DNA from: Vicugna vicugna
Taxonomy: Eukaryota
Direction of reading: 5' to 3'
Length of the DNA stretch: 38,973 nt
Assembly: GCA_013265495.1 (NCBI GenBank)
Contig: MU058802.1
Coordinates: forward strand, 128,724 to 167,696
The notes under the pieces are model-generated. The model ran no database searches, had not been told where the DNA came from, and saw only the letters and a program-made list of their open reading frames with translations. This document shows positions 1 through 12,457 of this stretch, piece after piece (position 1 is the stretch's first letter; the number at the start of each line of letters is the position of its first letter). The translations under genes were made by a program, and so were the position numbers.

Positions 1-393
1 AGCTATTTTAATTTTCCTCCCTCTCTGCCCTTTTATTACACTTCATGTTGTAGTGGTGGCCCTCTGACTACCTGTCACACTGGATGTCTTCCCATCTTGA
101 ATGACCAAGCTTGTTATGTGGAAAGGCCACACTGAGATATACTAATGCTACCAACTGCTGGCTTTACCAGTCATCCCAACCCAAGTACAAAACATGGAAA
201 TTAAGCCACCCTCTATATCAGCATGGTCACTACCTGAATGTTACCAAGTGAACCAGTTGATACCACATGGATTAAAACAGTTGCCCAACTGAGATCTCCC
301 CAAATTCCTGACATATAAAATCAAGCTACAAAAATAATTTTTAACCATTAAATTTGAGGTGAGTTTGTTATTCCACAATAGATAATTGAAGCA
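1..393 (+). mobile_element. MaLR MLT1-family LTR (5' LTR, cut by the window start)
   Basis: Ends in the typical MLT1 terminus ...ccattaaatttgaggtgagtttgttattccacaatagataattgaagca; caaattcctgac motif upstream. Confidence 0.75.
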
Positions 394-1702
394 TAATTTA
401 ATAATGGAATAGCAGTGGTGTCAAAACACCTAAAACATGTAGCACTGTTTTGTAATGGTGGCCAGAAAAAACTAAAAGAGCCTGGAAGAATGTTATGGAA
501 ATCAGAGACCTCAATAAGGCTGTTGTTGAAAGCTTGAAGAAGAGGGAGGTGGATGTTTTTGTAGTCTGGAGAGAAACATATTTATGTAGTAGTGGAAATT
601 TGGCAACACTGCTACTACTGTAGTAACACACAAAAAAATAGAGGATCTCATGAACTCTGTATCTAATATGGGAGATTTCAAGCAGGGTATAGAAATTATC
701 CACTGGCTTCTAGCTATCAGTGATAAAATATGAGAAACAATAAATAAATAGGTATTAGTTCAGGTTCTAAAAAATTAGAGAAAATACAAAAGCAAGGTTT
801 GCTTGTTTTAAAAATATAGCTGGTTCTAATCACCATTTCCTTGTAGCAAAAGACTTTCCAACTAAGAAATGGCATCAAGGTAAAAATTAAGTCCAAGTTG
901 CTAGACTTGGTAAACATGGTCTCAGGGTTAATATATCAAGTGAGTGGCTTAAGACCCTTTGTGCAGATTCTAGAAAAATACATAGGTATGCCTATTAGGA
1001 CTCTTAAGACTCCTAAGGGTACTGTAATACAACACCCTGGCTCTCAGCCTAGGATATAGATGAACTGGTCTTTAGAAGTGAAGTGAAAATAAATAATAAA
1101 ATGGATTCATAATTAAATACTCAGGCAGCCTATATTATTTTTAAAGTAATAATACTTGTTCAACTGAAACTACACCATAAGAGGTCTTTGGACACCCAAA
1201 CTTCCATAAGCAAGACTCAAGCTTAAAAGTCTACACATTTGAAAACATGATCTTCTTAACGAAAAAGCAAAAATGCCAGAGTGAGAAGGTACAAGAAAGG
1301 ATATGGCTGAACCAACAGTCAAAAAGTTTGCTCCTAGGAAGAATGACTGGGCTCTAATTACTGAACTAACAATATATTCTCAGCTGGATCCAATGATTTG
1401 TCTTAATCATCTCATATCTTCTCTTTGATTGAGACTGCCTATTGCGCTCTCTCATTTCTATCTAAAGGATGTATATTGAATCTTTGGATTAAAAACAACT
1501 TGTCTTTTCAGTCTACAGGACTTTAGATGAATAGAAACTATGGTTTAGAAAATATATCCAAGGCAAGACACATTAACAAGATTCTGAGCTCAACACTTGA
1601 ACTGATTTCATAATGGAATGAGACTTTGGGAGGTTTGTGCAGAAGGTAAGTATATTCTGCATCTGGGAGGAATGGGAATCACCGGGGGCCAGAAAGGCAA
1701 AC
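394..1702 (+). mobile_element. MLT1-int (MaLR internal region), decayed
   Basis: Opens with ...aaaacacctaaaacatgtagcactg... and closes with gaatgagactttgggagg...gggggccagaaaggcaaac, the purine-rich MLT1-int end just before an LTR. Confidence 0.75.
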
Positions 1703-2189
1703 TGAGATAACTAATCTCAAATAGTCCCCAATCACCACATCTCTCATTGTTCACTTGCCATGTGTAACCAAAGGTACCTAGAGGAAAGGCAAGAATATTG
1801 TCTAAAGCTAGATTATAGAAAACACTGCTACTTCCATGTTGATTTTTGAAGCTTTTGTGAACTGCCATGAGGGAAGTGCAAATACCCTGAGGAAACCTAA
1901 CCTGTAAGAAAGCCCAACATAGATGTACAGAGAGACCATGTGGAGAAAGGGACTCTGTGTAAACTCCACTTACTGCAGCTGTTAGAGCACAGGTGTGAGC
2001 CCTTTTGAAGACCCCATTCAAGACTAGCCACTAGCCTAATATCCATAAGTGAATCATATATGTAGTTGCAAGGCTCACCTGAAACTTTTTAAAAAAGATT
2101 GAAGACAAAATCAAGAGCAAAATACAATGGTTCCTTCAGACTGTTACATTTTGGAAGAACTTACTATAAAACAATGTATTCCTAGAAAA
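1703..2189 (+). mobile_element. MaLR MLT1-family LTR (3' LTR), strongly decayed
   Basis: Starts with TG directly after the internal purine tract; roughly colinear with the 1-393 LTR (atgtgga, aagtgaa, aaaatcaag, final tttgga..tta..caat). Confidence 0.65.
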
Positions 2190-2959
2190 TACTTTACACT
2201 AAAACAATTGAAGTTAATGCTGTAATTCCAATGCTACTATTATTTAAATGTATTTTCCTTTCAACTTTGTATTACATAAACTCATTTGTTGATGAATTAC
2301 TTGATTATTTGAGTCATTTTTGTAATTCCTTTCAAATCTTTACTTGGCATTGCTTATACTAAAATATATGGAAAAACTGCAATTTTAATATTTTTAAATT
2401 CCAGAAGCATAAATACAGGTCATATGTAAGCTGGAAAAGGTTTTATAAACCATATGTGTCACATACATTTTAATTTCTATTGTCATTAAACATGAATCAA
2501 GTTAATAAGTGATAAATATCTCATGTGGTCAGACCCAAAACACTTTTAATCCAAAATGCACAGCTCACAAAGCTGACTGTTACACCCAGAAAATTCCCAT
2601 GTGTTCACAAATCAACTACTTCCTAGACCAGTGGTCCTTCTCTGGAAAAATGAATGACAGGGATAGTTTAAACAACAATATATTCATTATCTACAGTGTC
2701 TTCAAACAAAATCAGAAGTAGAAACAAATTCATGTGCTACCATAAACCTGTCTCTCTTGAACATGCAATCACACATTAAACTTATAAACATTACCTGCAT
2801 GTCATATATATGACCTCATTTTTATTTTTTATCATGAACACTTTGAAGTGCATCACCAGAAGGTCTCCCAAGATCAAGATAAATAATTAATCTCATTTTA
2901 ATTATGATTTACTTCATTTTCATGTTCATCATCATATCATTAATGTAGGATAGATCACC

Positions 2960-2973
2960 ATTGCCATGGCAAC
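2960..2973. promoter_or_regulatory. RFX X-box-like palindrome
   Basis: ATTGCCATGGCAAC matches GTTGCCATGGCAAC at 13 of 14 positions, in apparently unique sequence. Confidence 0.4.
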
Positions 2974-4328
2974 CTGAAAAGCTGTGAATATGACCTAAAG
3001 TTTTACTAATTAGGTGTTTGCTTTGAATTAGTTACTAGAATTAAAAAGGAATATAATATATTCCACAATTCTACCTCTGTTTTAATCATTTTCTGGTGAC
3101 CTATAAAATTCTTCCAAATCAGGATTTCATAGTTCCATTCTTACTTTTAAATCAAGGATATATACTTTTTTTTAACCATTCTAATAATAGCTCTCTCTAA
3201 ATTACCCCTTATATAAAAAATTTCTTTATTTCATAGCTCTTCTCCATGGATCAATGGATGAAATATATCTGAATTCAAGAAACGTATTATTAATTCTTCA
3301 TTGACACATAAAAATGTGTTAACCTATACATTAAAAATGTGCATTTTTTATTTCTAAAACAATGTTGGAGATAACTGCTTATGATGAGATTTCTTGGAAT
3401 ATAAAAATTAAAAGTACACAATTCTTGTAAAAGAGGAAATGGCTTCAAGGTGCATGTTTAAAATTGGCTTTCTATTTTATGCTGGGATGACAGCCTAGCT
3501 TTGGAAGATAATTTATGCTACAACTGATATGATGATACTGCACCTTCTCATGCTTCATAATATTAAGCAGATCCATGATAAGGAACAAAAACTGTTTTTG
3601 TGAAAAATACTGGTCTGTGTATGTCATATTTTATAATGAAATATTAAAGTACTGAGTTTTATTATAATGAGTTGGCTACTGTAAGAAATTTTTAAAATTT
3701 GATTGTAAGAATTTTCTCTAGTATAAAATAAAAATACATATTTAAATACATTTACCAATTCTTATAATAATTTATTTGTGATATTCTTGTTATTTATTTT
3801 AATCCAAATATATATTTAATTTATAGTTGCAATTCATATCCTGCAAAGTATTGTAATAAAAAGGTCATAATAGAGTAAATCTAAAAATAATTTTAATTTT
3901 GATAATTTATGCAAAAATATAAGCAAGTTCCTGAGCAAAACTGATAAATCTTTATATAGCTCTCTATAAAATATTAAAATTCTTCTACATGAAAATACAA
4001 TAAAAGCATTAATTTTACAGAGTTTATTTCAAATGTTTTAAAAGAAAAAATTGTATAGTCCTATTCCTCTGCAGGCATAAAGCATTGGCTGAAAACCTAT
4101 TGTGTATTACATATACTATAACCAACTTACATATACTTTATCCAAATAAATCATAAAGAATAAGACAGCATGCATATGCGCAGTGCTTCAGAGTATTTTA
4201 AGTGGTTGTGAGTAGTGAAAGTTATCTCCGTGGAAGAAATTAATTTTGAACTAAGCACCGACAGGTTAGGAAAGTGACAAAAACTCAAACCATTGCTATA
4301 TGTTATAATGTTATGCTATATATAAAAC

Positions 4329-4352
4329 GTGTGTGTGTGTGTATGTGTGAGT
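4329..4352 (+). repeat. Imperfect (GT)n microsatellite
   Basis: gtgtgtgtgtgtgtatgtgtgagt. Confidence 0.85.
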
Positions 4353-4371
4353 GCACATTCACATCAGGATG

Positions 4372-4535
4372 TTCTAGAAAACAGACTGTCTGGATTTGAA
4401 CGTCATCCTCACCACTTCCTATCTCTTATCCATTTTCGTCACCTGTAAACTGAGGGTAGTAATGGTACATATTATGCAGCCTAAATGAGAAAATATAACA
4501 CACTTAGAATAATGCATGATGCTTGCTAAGTATTA
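4372..4535 (+). mobile_element. MIR SINE fragment
   Basis: cagactgtctggatttgaac...ccacttcct...cacctgtaaactgagggtagtaatggtac...taaatgaga, resembling the MIR core. Confidence 0.7.
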
Positions 4536-5871
4536 TGTAGTTAATTTTATAAATTAGACTGGATTAAAAATAAGGATTGACTAATAAAATAAAATTCAGT
4601 AGTGTGTTTAATTTGTATCATTCAAAAACATTTTTATTAACTCTTTCATCACCCAAGTACTAACTTGACTCTGAATTTTAATGCACTTTTTTCTCAATTC
4701 TTTGTTTTGGAGTAAATGTTAACACTTGTCATTATCTCTGTTGCATACTGGTGAGTACAAATTGAAAATGAATGACAGATTACAACATAATTATCAAATC
4801 ACATGCTGCTAGATGACAGTTTATTAGATTTCAACACTCCTGAATCAGGTCTAGTATTAAGTATTCAGAGATCTCTAAGCCCTAAACTAAGATTACTTAA
4901 TATAAACTCACCATGAGAAACTGTGACATTCAGATGTGCTCTCTGTTTGAGCTCAGGCTGGACAATCTGTTCACATCACAATAATTTCTGAAACATTATT
5001 CTTAAATCTTTGCCCTTCTGTATTCCAACTTTTCACCAATATTTACAGCATCTTTGAACTAGTTTAAAAAAGTCAGATTGTAGCTAAATAGGCTACTGGA
5101 TTGAGGAAATCCTTATACAAAAGAGAGTCTATGCAGTTTTCAATAATTTTCTCAATCTTTCAAATTAACTTTCTCCTGAAACAATATGGATATGCTAAAC
5201 TTCATATGTACACAGCCTCACTAATAGTGCTAAAATTTACTTGTTGAGTTAGTATTTCAGATAATATCAAATGCAGTTTGATTTATGCCCAAATTAAATT
5301 TGAAAGTCTCCTCTACTAATATATCATGTTTAGAATCATTATATACAGGGTTTTAAATTTTATTTTGACTCTATACAAGTTTATGACACTTGAGTGGCAG
5401 CTGTGCTTCTGTGGGGGTTAGGCAATGATACCCTAGAGACGAATCACTGATCTAGAAAAACAACAAATTACATGGCAATTCAACATACTAGTATTCCAAA
5501 TGTCAATCACACAAATTCTAAAAGAGTTTCTATATGAATATGGATATAGGTTTCTCTCAGTGGCATTTCAATTTTATTAAATATATTTCTTATTTGAAAC
5601 TTAAAAGTTTGTTTATGATGTGGTATTACAAGAAAAAGTCTATGAAAAAATGTTATTTAAATAGTCTTAAAGCTGTTCAAGAAATTATGCAGAATATAGT
5701 CTCAAATTTTATTGAAAATTTGAGTCAAAAATAATGTTTGCTAAGTGTGTAAGTCTGATTCAAACTCTTGTGTGAGAAATATTTCAGATGAGAAGAACAA
5801 AGTGCAAAGAATTTTGCACAAGAAGGTTATGAACATGAATTTCACATTCTCTTTTTGTAAATAACACTCTC

Positions 5872-6755
5872 TGAAAAGATGATCAGTATCACTAATTATC
5901 AGCGAAATACAAATCAAAACTACAATGAGGTATCACCTCACACCATCAGAATGGCCATCATTCAGAAGTCCATAAACGATAAGTGCTGGAGAGGGTGTGG
6001 AGAAAAGGAAACCCTCCTACACTACTGGAGGGAATGTAGTTTGGTGGACCCATTATGGAAAACAGTATGGAGATTCCTCAAAAAACTGAAAATAGACTTA
6101 CCATATGATCCAGCAATCCCAATCCTGGGCACATATCCAGAGAGAGCTCTAATTTGAAAAGATGCATGCACTCCAATGTTCACAGCAGTACTATACACAA
6201 TAGTCAACACATGGAAGCAACCTAAATGTTCATCTACAGATGACTGGATAAAGAAATTGTGGTATATTAATACAATGGAATACTACTCGGCCATAAAAAA
6301 GAGTAAAATAATCCTATTTGCAACAGCATAGATGGACCTAGAGATCATCATTCTAAGTGAAGTAAGCCAGAAAGAGAAGGAAACATACCATAAGATATTA
6401 GTCATATGTGGAATCTAAAAAAAAAGAGAAAAAGAGGACACTAATGAACTTATCTACAAAACAGAAACAGACTCACAGACATAGGAAAAAATCTTATGGT
6501 TACCAGGGGAAAGGGAGTGGGGAGAGATAAATTTGGGGGTTTGAGATTTGTAAATGTTAACCACTATATATAAAAATAGATTTAAATAAATAAATTTCTT
6601 CTGTATAGCACAGAGAATTTTATTCAATATCTTGTAATAACCTTTAATGAAAAAGAATATGAAAATGAATATATGTATGTATATGCATGACTGGGACATT
6701 GTGCTGTACACCAGAAACTGACACATTGTAACTGACTGTACTTCAATAAAAAACA
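5872..6755 (+). mobile_element. 5'-truncated, relatively young LINE-1 (ORF2 C-terminus, complete 3'UTR, short A-tail)
   Basis: ORF 5879-6157 contains [35 protein letters not shown] (ORF2p Cys-rich C-terminus) with a premature stop; G-rich 3'UTR tract near 6505-6540; aataaa at 6745; tctctgaaa repeated at 5868 and 6759. Confidence 0.95.
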
Positions 6756-7225
6756 AATTCTCTGAAACTACAAACAAGTATTTAATAATTTCATGGTTTA
6801 AATGAAGCCATTTAAGTCCTTGTATTACTTCCAAGGCTTGCTGATCGCCATAGAAATAAAACATGAATTTTCTACTCAATGTATATTCAATATTCTGAAA
6901 TCAAAATTAATACCTGCAATATACAATAATAAAATGTAAAATGGCACAAGTGTCTTTGTACATTCTGTTCTGGAATGTGGAATTCTTTAGCTTAGAAAAT
7001 AATGTAAATATTTATGCATTGCAGTAACACTGACAACATTTAACATTATATATATGGTCTTTCATGCACTTGCTAATGAATAATCACTATTTAGAATATT
7101 AGTTCTGTAGAAAATGCATACGTGGGTATCTTTTATATTATCACTTTTCCTTTTTATTTGAATGATTTCCAGCAGTGTGTATGTATGCAAAAATGCTCAC
7201 ATAAAGAAACTTTTTTGACCCCGCA

Positions 7226-8750
7226 TTCCTCTCTAGCTACTGCACCATTTCTTTGCTCATCTTTACGACCAAACATCTGGAAAGGGTTTTCCACATTTGC
7301 AGTCTCATATCTTCATCTCATCTACATTTGCTCCCACTCCAATTAGGTATTCTCACCACACCACTACTGTAAAATCACAGACAATTTTTCTAAGTCATGA
7401 AAAGGGGTCTATTTTTCAAAATCAGCTTTGATTCCCAGTGAACATCTTTCGCCACCTCTCATCAACACTTAGCCCCAGGGCCAGCCCATCCATATTGAAA
7501 CATTTTCTTTACCTGGCTTCTGAGATATCTTATTAGTCACTTATTCTTGATCATTTTTATTGGTTATCTTCAATTTTCCAACTTTAAATCTATAACTCAG
7601 TTCTCTGATCTTTTCTCTCTACTGTTAACCCTTAAGTCATCTTATCACTATATGGCTTCATCTAAGACTATTATTATACAACAAAGTTTATACCCATCTA
7701 GTAACTCCTTCATCTGAATTCCAAACTTCTACCTGAAACTGTATAACTTGACATCTACTCTTTTAATTATCAAATGTGTCTCAAACTTATGACCCAAACT
7801 GATCCTGTTTCCAACTGAAACTCAGGAAGACTCTTGCTCCCCCAAGCTCTTTTCCCCATGACTGTGTGTTACTCATTTTCTTTGTCCCCAAAACTTGGCA
7901 GCCTTAACTCTTGTTTTCTGTAACCTACATGCAGTCTATCTTACTTTTGGCTCTACCTTTGAAATACAATCACACCCTGTATATATCCTATCATTTCCTC
8001 AGCTACCACTGCATTCCCAGCCACCATTATTTCTCATATGGGCTAAAGTAACAGTCTCCAAGTTGGTTATCATGCTCTACCACTGACTTTCCTACGTGTT
8101 TCCTTGTCAGCAACCATGAGCAGTAGTTTTGCTGTTTTGTTTTGCTTTTTCTGTTCTGTTTTGTTCTTCCCATAGTAGTGAGGGTACTTCTTTTGGCATA
8201 AGCTGAATCAATTGTTAGCAGGCAAAGGACAAATTAAATCTCTTAATCTATCAGTCTCCCACATCATTATAATCCATGTTCTTGCCTTTGCCATCATTCA
8301 CCTAAACTATGATAGTAGTCTTGTATTTCTCTGATACCATCTTCTTTGACAGCATTATTTGAATACCATCTTGATTTTCCATTAATTTTTTCTACCCTGC
8401 AGTAGTTGACTTCATAAGGATATTCTCTAGGTCTTTGTACATGGCACAAATCCCTTGCTTAATCTCTGAAAGGTTACAAGATAAATTTCAATATTCTCAG
8501 TGTTACCTTCTAAGTCTGTTATGCTCTGAACTCTGGCTGCTTTTCTGAACTGTGCTCTTTACCACCTGATACCCATTTACTACTGCAAGTAATACTAGAG
8601 CAATTTGAGATCATTAGGCCTCTCCATATTAACTGTGCTTTTTCATATTTAATTGTCTTTGTACTTAAATTTCCTTTTTCCTTCGTCACAAATTTCTACC
8701 TTCACTCTGTATCCTTTGACCACTAACAATACATTTTAAAATTACAGCTG
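7226..8750 (+). mobile_element. Fragmented LINE-2 (L2)
   Basis: ctctagctactgcaccatttctttgctc..., cttgacatctactc...ctcaaacttatgacccaaactga and ggctctacctttgaaata are L2 signatures; pyrimidine-rich; apparently interrupted around 8120-8450. Confidence 0.7.
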
Positions 8751-8819
8751 TATATGCACATTTAGAAGACATCATACCCTCAGCTCCTTACAGTTTTGCT
8801 GAGATTTTAATGCATTAAA

Positions 8820-8940
8820 AATATAATTTATAAAATGGGAATATCATAGCAATATCTATATCCTGGTGTATATGTAATTCAGCTGATGTGCTTCTATAAT
8901 TGCTTGGCATATTTTTAGGAGTACAATATATGCTAAAATT
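8820..8940 (+). mobile_element. Possible degenerate MIR fragment
   Basis: tataaaatgggaatatcatagcaatatct...gcttggcata. Confidence 0.35.
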
Positions 8941-11118
8941 ATTGTTTTATCATTAAAATTTCTGTTTATGTATTAACTTATGGCAACTTGCAGTTTTATG
9001 AAAAAGTTTCTGTAATGCTTTTAAGATAAATTCTTATAAAGAGGGAATATTTATTTAATAAAAAGATTTTATAAATTAATTGGAAATAAAAGGATCATGG
9101 ATATGAAGCAATACTTTGAGGAAATAGCCGATAGAAAAGGTAGATAATCCTCATTGCACTAAAAGGGAAAAGGGACTAAGAAGTGACTTTGAGAAGAGAA
9201 AAAAGCAAAGTAGTGGACGGCTCAGCACCATGGCAAGTGAGCTGTAGTACTTTTGAGAACTGGGAGGTCTAGAACTCTATACAACTTTCTCTGTCTAAAT
9301 CCCGTGTCTCACCCCCAAAATATACTTAAGGATGTGTAGTATATGCAGGGACTGGTAATTGACTTTCTTTGTTGGTGTGTTTATTTGGGAGAGATTTTTC
9401 TGTCACTTATATAAAAAGGGCTGAGATCCAACTTTTACTCTATGCCAGATCAGAAATAAAACACAAAGCTGTGGATTTGGAGGATATGCATTCAGGCAGG
9501 GGAGAAAGCAAGAGCAGGAGATGATCATGAGATCCTGAGAACTCAGGCATTTGGAGAAACCTTGTACAGAACATAAATGGGGTTAACTTTAATCATATCT
9601 AGATCTCAGTTGTCACTGACTGCAGCTATATTCTGCATAACATTTACACCCACCACAATGGACTATAAGGTTTTATATGTGTCTCCCCTATTAAGCCATC
9701 TAATTTTGAAGAAAGGATCTGAGCATCTTTCTGTGTTTATATCAATAATTATGGAATATGACACATGTGGCCAATCATACATATGTTTTGAATTTAAGCC
9801 TATGTATTGACAAACTCAAGAATAATGATGTGACCTCAGTCTCGAAACTAGTTTTCATCCATTGCTATGATTCTCCTCATAAATTCACTACCAACTTTTT
9901 GACCCTGCCAAATCCTGTTTATCTAGAAATGATTGCTGATACATAGCAAGATTTGTTTGGGTTTTATTCCCTGTGCATTGATAGTATCATTTTTAAAATC
10001 TGAGATATAAAATAAAATTGTAACAGGGCTTTTTATCTTCATATACAGAAAAGTTTAGCCTACTAAGAAAGTATGTTGGGAATACAACATTAGAAAAGCA
10101 AATTTCATAGGAATTGAGATATGGATTTCTTTATAATAAAATGGTGATACAAAATGAATTTTAACTTTTCCAGCACAGACTTGTGAATGTATATCTTTAC
10201 CTCCAAATTAAAACAGTTCAGAAAAAAGTGATTAGTTTAGGAATCTTCAACAGTGTGTGCTACAGAGCTAATCTAACTTATAATTAGAAATAGAAAGTAG
10301 TCTAAATATGTAAAAGATTATATGGTGTGGGGTTTTATATTTTTTTGTTATGCTTTTTATAATATTGTCACAGTACTCAATACATGAAGGTTGATGTCAA
10401 TATATGAAAATAAACACGGCTTATGTCATTTTTGTGACTATGTTTTCTATAGAAAGTAGAATATAAATAATACAATTTATTCTCCCAATGACCAATTTCA
10501 CAATCTTTTACTTACAGAAAAAAAAAATGTTTTAACTCTTCAATATTGAAAACAGTGACATAATTCAGTTTTGATCATAATGAGACCTTAAGTTGGGCAC
10601 TACTTTTTATTTCCTCAGTATTTAATTTTACAAAACTTAATTTTATATTATTGACAAATGTGTGGTCACCAGGTCTTTGGATGTATTCTTTATTGAGTGA
10701 CACTCTCTATTGCATGTGAATCTCTTATTTGGTGATTACGCTTTTCAAACCCTCTTATTCCCTTCTTCAACCAGTCGAGGCTCATGACACAAAAGTATCA
10801 TTCTGGGGCTTCCTTTCACTGCAATTCTGTTAGTATACATTTCTAAATGTTATGTCTTTTTTTCTGTCTCAGAAAAATTCTGACCCAATTTTCTCCATTG
10901 TTTGGCTTGAATATAGCCTTATGTAAATTCATCTTAAGGGTGAATGAGGGTACAAAAACATAAGACAGGGATGTCTTATTCATGTATTCTTCCATAAGTT
11001 GAAAATTACGTCTTTCTTAATTTTTCTTCTCATCTCTAACAGTGTGATTGATGGATATTTTATTGCCAAAGTTGAGGGTCATGTCTGTGTCATTCACATG
11101 CTTTACAAAAAAATTTTC

Positions 11119-11137
11119 AAAATAAAACTTAATTCCT
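11119..11137 (+). repeat. Target-site duplication, left copy (right copy at 12439-12457)
   Basis: aaaataaaacttaattcct vs aaaataaaacttatttcct, 18 of 19 identical; preceded by ttttc, resembling an L1 endonuclease TT/AAAA site. Confidence 0.85.
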
Positions 11138-12139
11138 TAGAACATTCTCTAACACCATGTACAAAAATAAACTCAAAATTGATTAAAGATCTAAATGTAA
11201 GACCAGATACTATAAAACTCATAGAGGAAAACAGGCAGAACACTCGCAGACATATATTACAGCAATATATTTTTTGAACCAGTTCCTGGAGTAATGGAAA
11301 TAAAAGCAAAAATAAACAAATGGGATCTAATTATACTTAAAAGCTTTTGTACAGCTAAGGATACCATTAACAAAATGAAAAGACAACCTACAGAATGGGA
11401 GGAAATATTTGCAAATGATGTAACTGACAAGGGACTAATTTCCAAAATATACAAATAGCTCATACACCTTAATGTCAAATAAACAATCAAGCTAATCCAA
11501 AAATGGGCAGAAGACCTAAACAAGCAATTCTCCAATGAAGACATACAAGTGGCCAATAGGCACATGAAAAAAATTTCAGCATTGCTAATTGTCAGATAAA
11601 TTCAGATCAAAACTACAATGAGATGTCACTTCACACCAGTCTGAATGGCCATCATTTAAAAGCCTACAAATAATAAATGCTAGAGAGGGTTTGGAGAAAA
11701 CAGAACCCTTCTATACTGTTGGTGGGAATATAAATTGGTGCAGCCACTATGGAGGACCGTATGAGGTTCCTTAAAAAACTGAAAAGAGCCTTACCATGTG
11801 ATCTAGCAATCCCACTTCCGGGCATATATCCTGAGAAAAATAAAATTCAAAAAGACACACGCACCCCAGTGTTCATAGCAGCACTATTTACAATAGCCAA
11901 GACATGGAAACAACAATGTCCATCAACAGATGACTGGATAAAGAAGATGTGGTACATATATACAATGGAACACTACTCAGCCATAAAAAAGAATAAAATA
12001 ATGCCATTTGCAGCAACATGGATGGACCTAAAGATTGTCATTCTAAGTGAAGTGGGCCAGAAAGAGAAAGAAAAATGCCATATGACATCACTTACATGAG
12101 GAATCTAAAAAATAATAATAATAAGGACTCAAATGAACT
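11138..12139 (+). mobile_element. LINE-1 ORF2 3' portion plus start of 3'UTR, truncated at both ends
   Basis: [28 protein letters not shown] and RFLKKLK..PCDLAIPL.GIYP..FIAALFTIAKTWKQ..WIKKMWYIYTMEHYSAIKK are L1 ORF2p; stops and frameshifts present; aligns with the 5872-6450 copy. Confidence 0.95.
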
Positions 12140-12438
12140 ACTTATTATTTATAACTTAGATGATTAATTTCTTGAATATGTGTCAGCACCTTTGACTGCC
12201 CTTTATGATTGGATTACTACATTCTGTTGATTCTTATTTTGTAGCTGGCTTTATTCCTTTTATAACTATGTAAGTTTAAAAAACTAAAGCTCAAATCTGT
12301 TCTTAGAAACAATGATCAGTACATATATGTAAACTAAAAAACTGTGCAGTATACTGTATATATGTATTTACAAGCAATATAATGTATATGTACAGTCAAA
12401 TTGTAACAATTCTAATAAAACTGAAAAAGAGAAAAAAC
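12140..12438 (+). other. Non-L1 3'UTR-like segment with polyA signal and A-rich tail, inside the L1 target-site duplication
   Basis: No similarity to the L1 3'UTR at 6450-6750; AATAAA at 12414-12419; aaaaagagaaaaaa from 12424; then the second TSD copy. Confidence 0.7.
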
Positions 12439-12457
12439 AAAATAAAACTTATTTCCT

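Noticed and set aside
398..2021. Minus-strand ORFs of 101, 66 and 137 aa
   Set aside because: Antisense to MaLR sequence, with no recognisable domain
4171..4182. NRF1-like tgcatatgcgca
   Set aside because: Two core mismatches and no promoter context
5879..6157. ORFs 5879-6157, 10999-11277, 11749-12099, 38474-38951 and their antisense ORFs as genes
   Set aside because: Broken L1 ORF2 pieces or their antisense shadows
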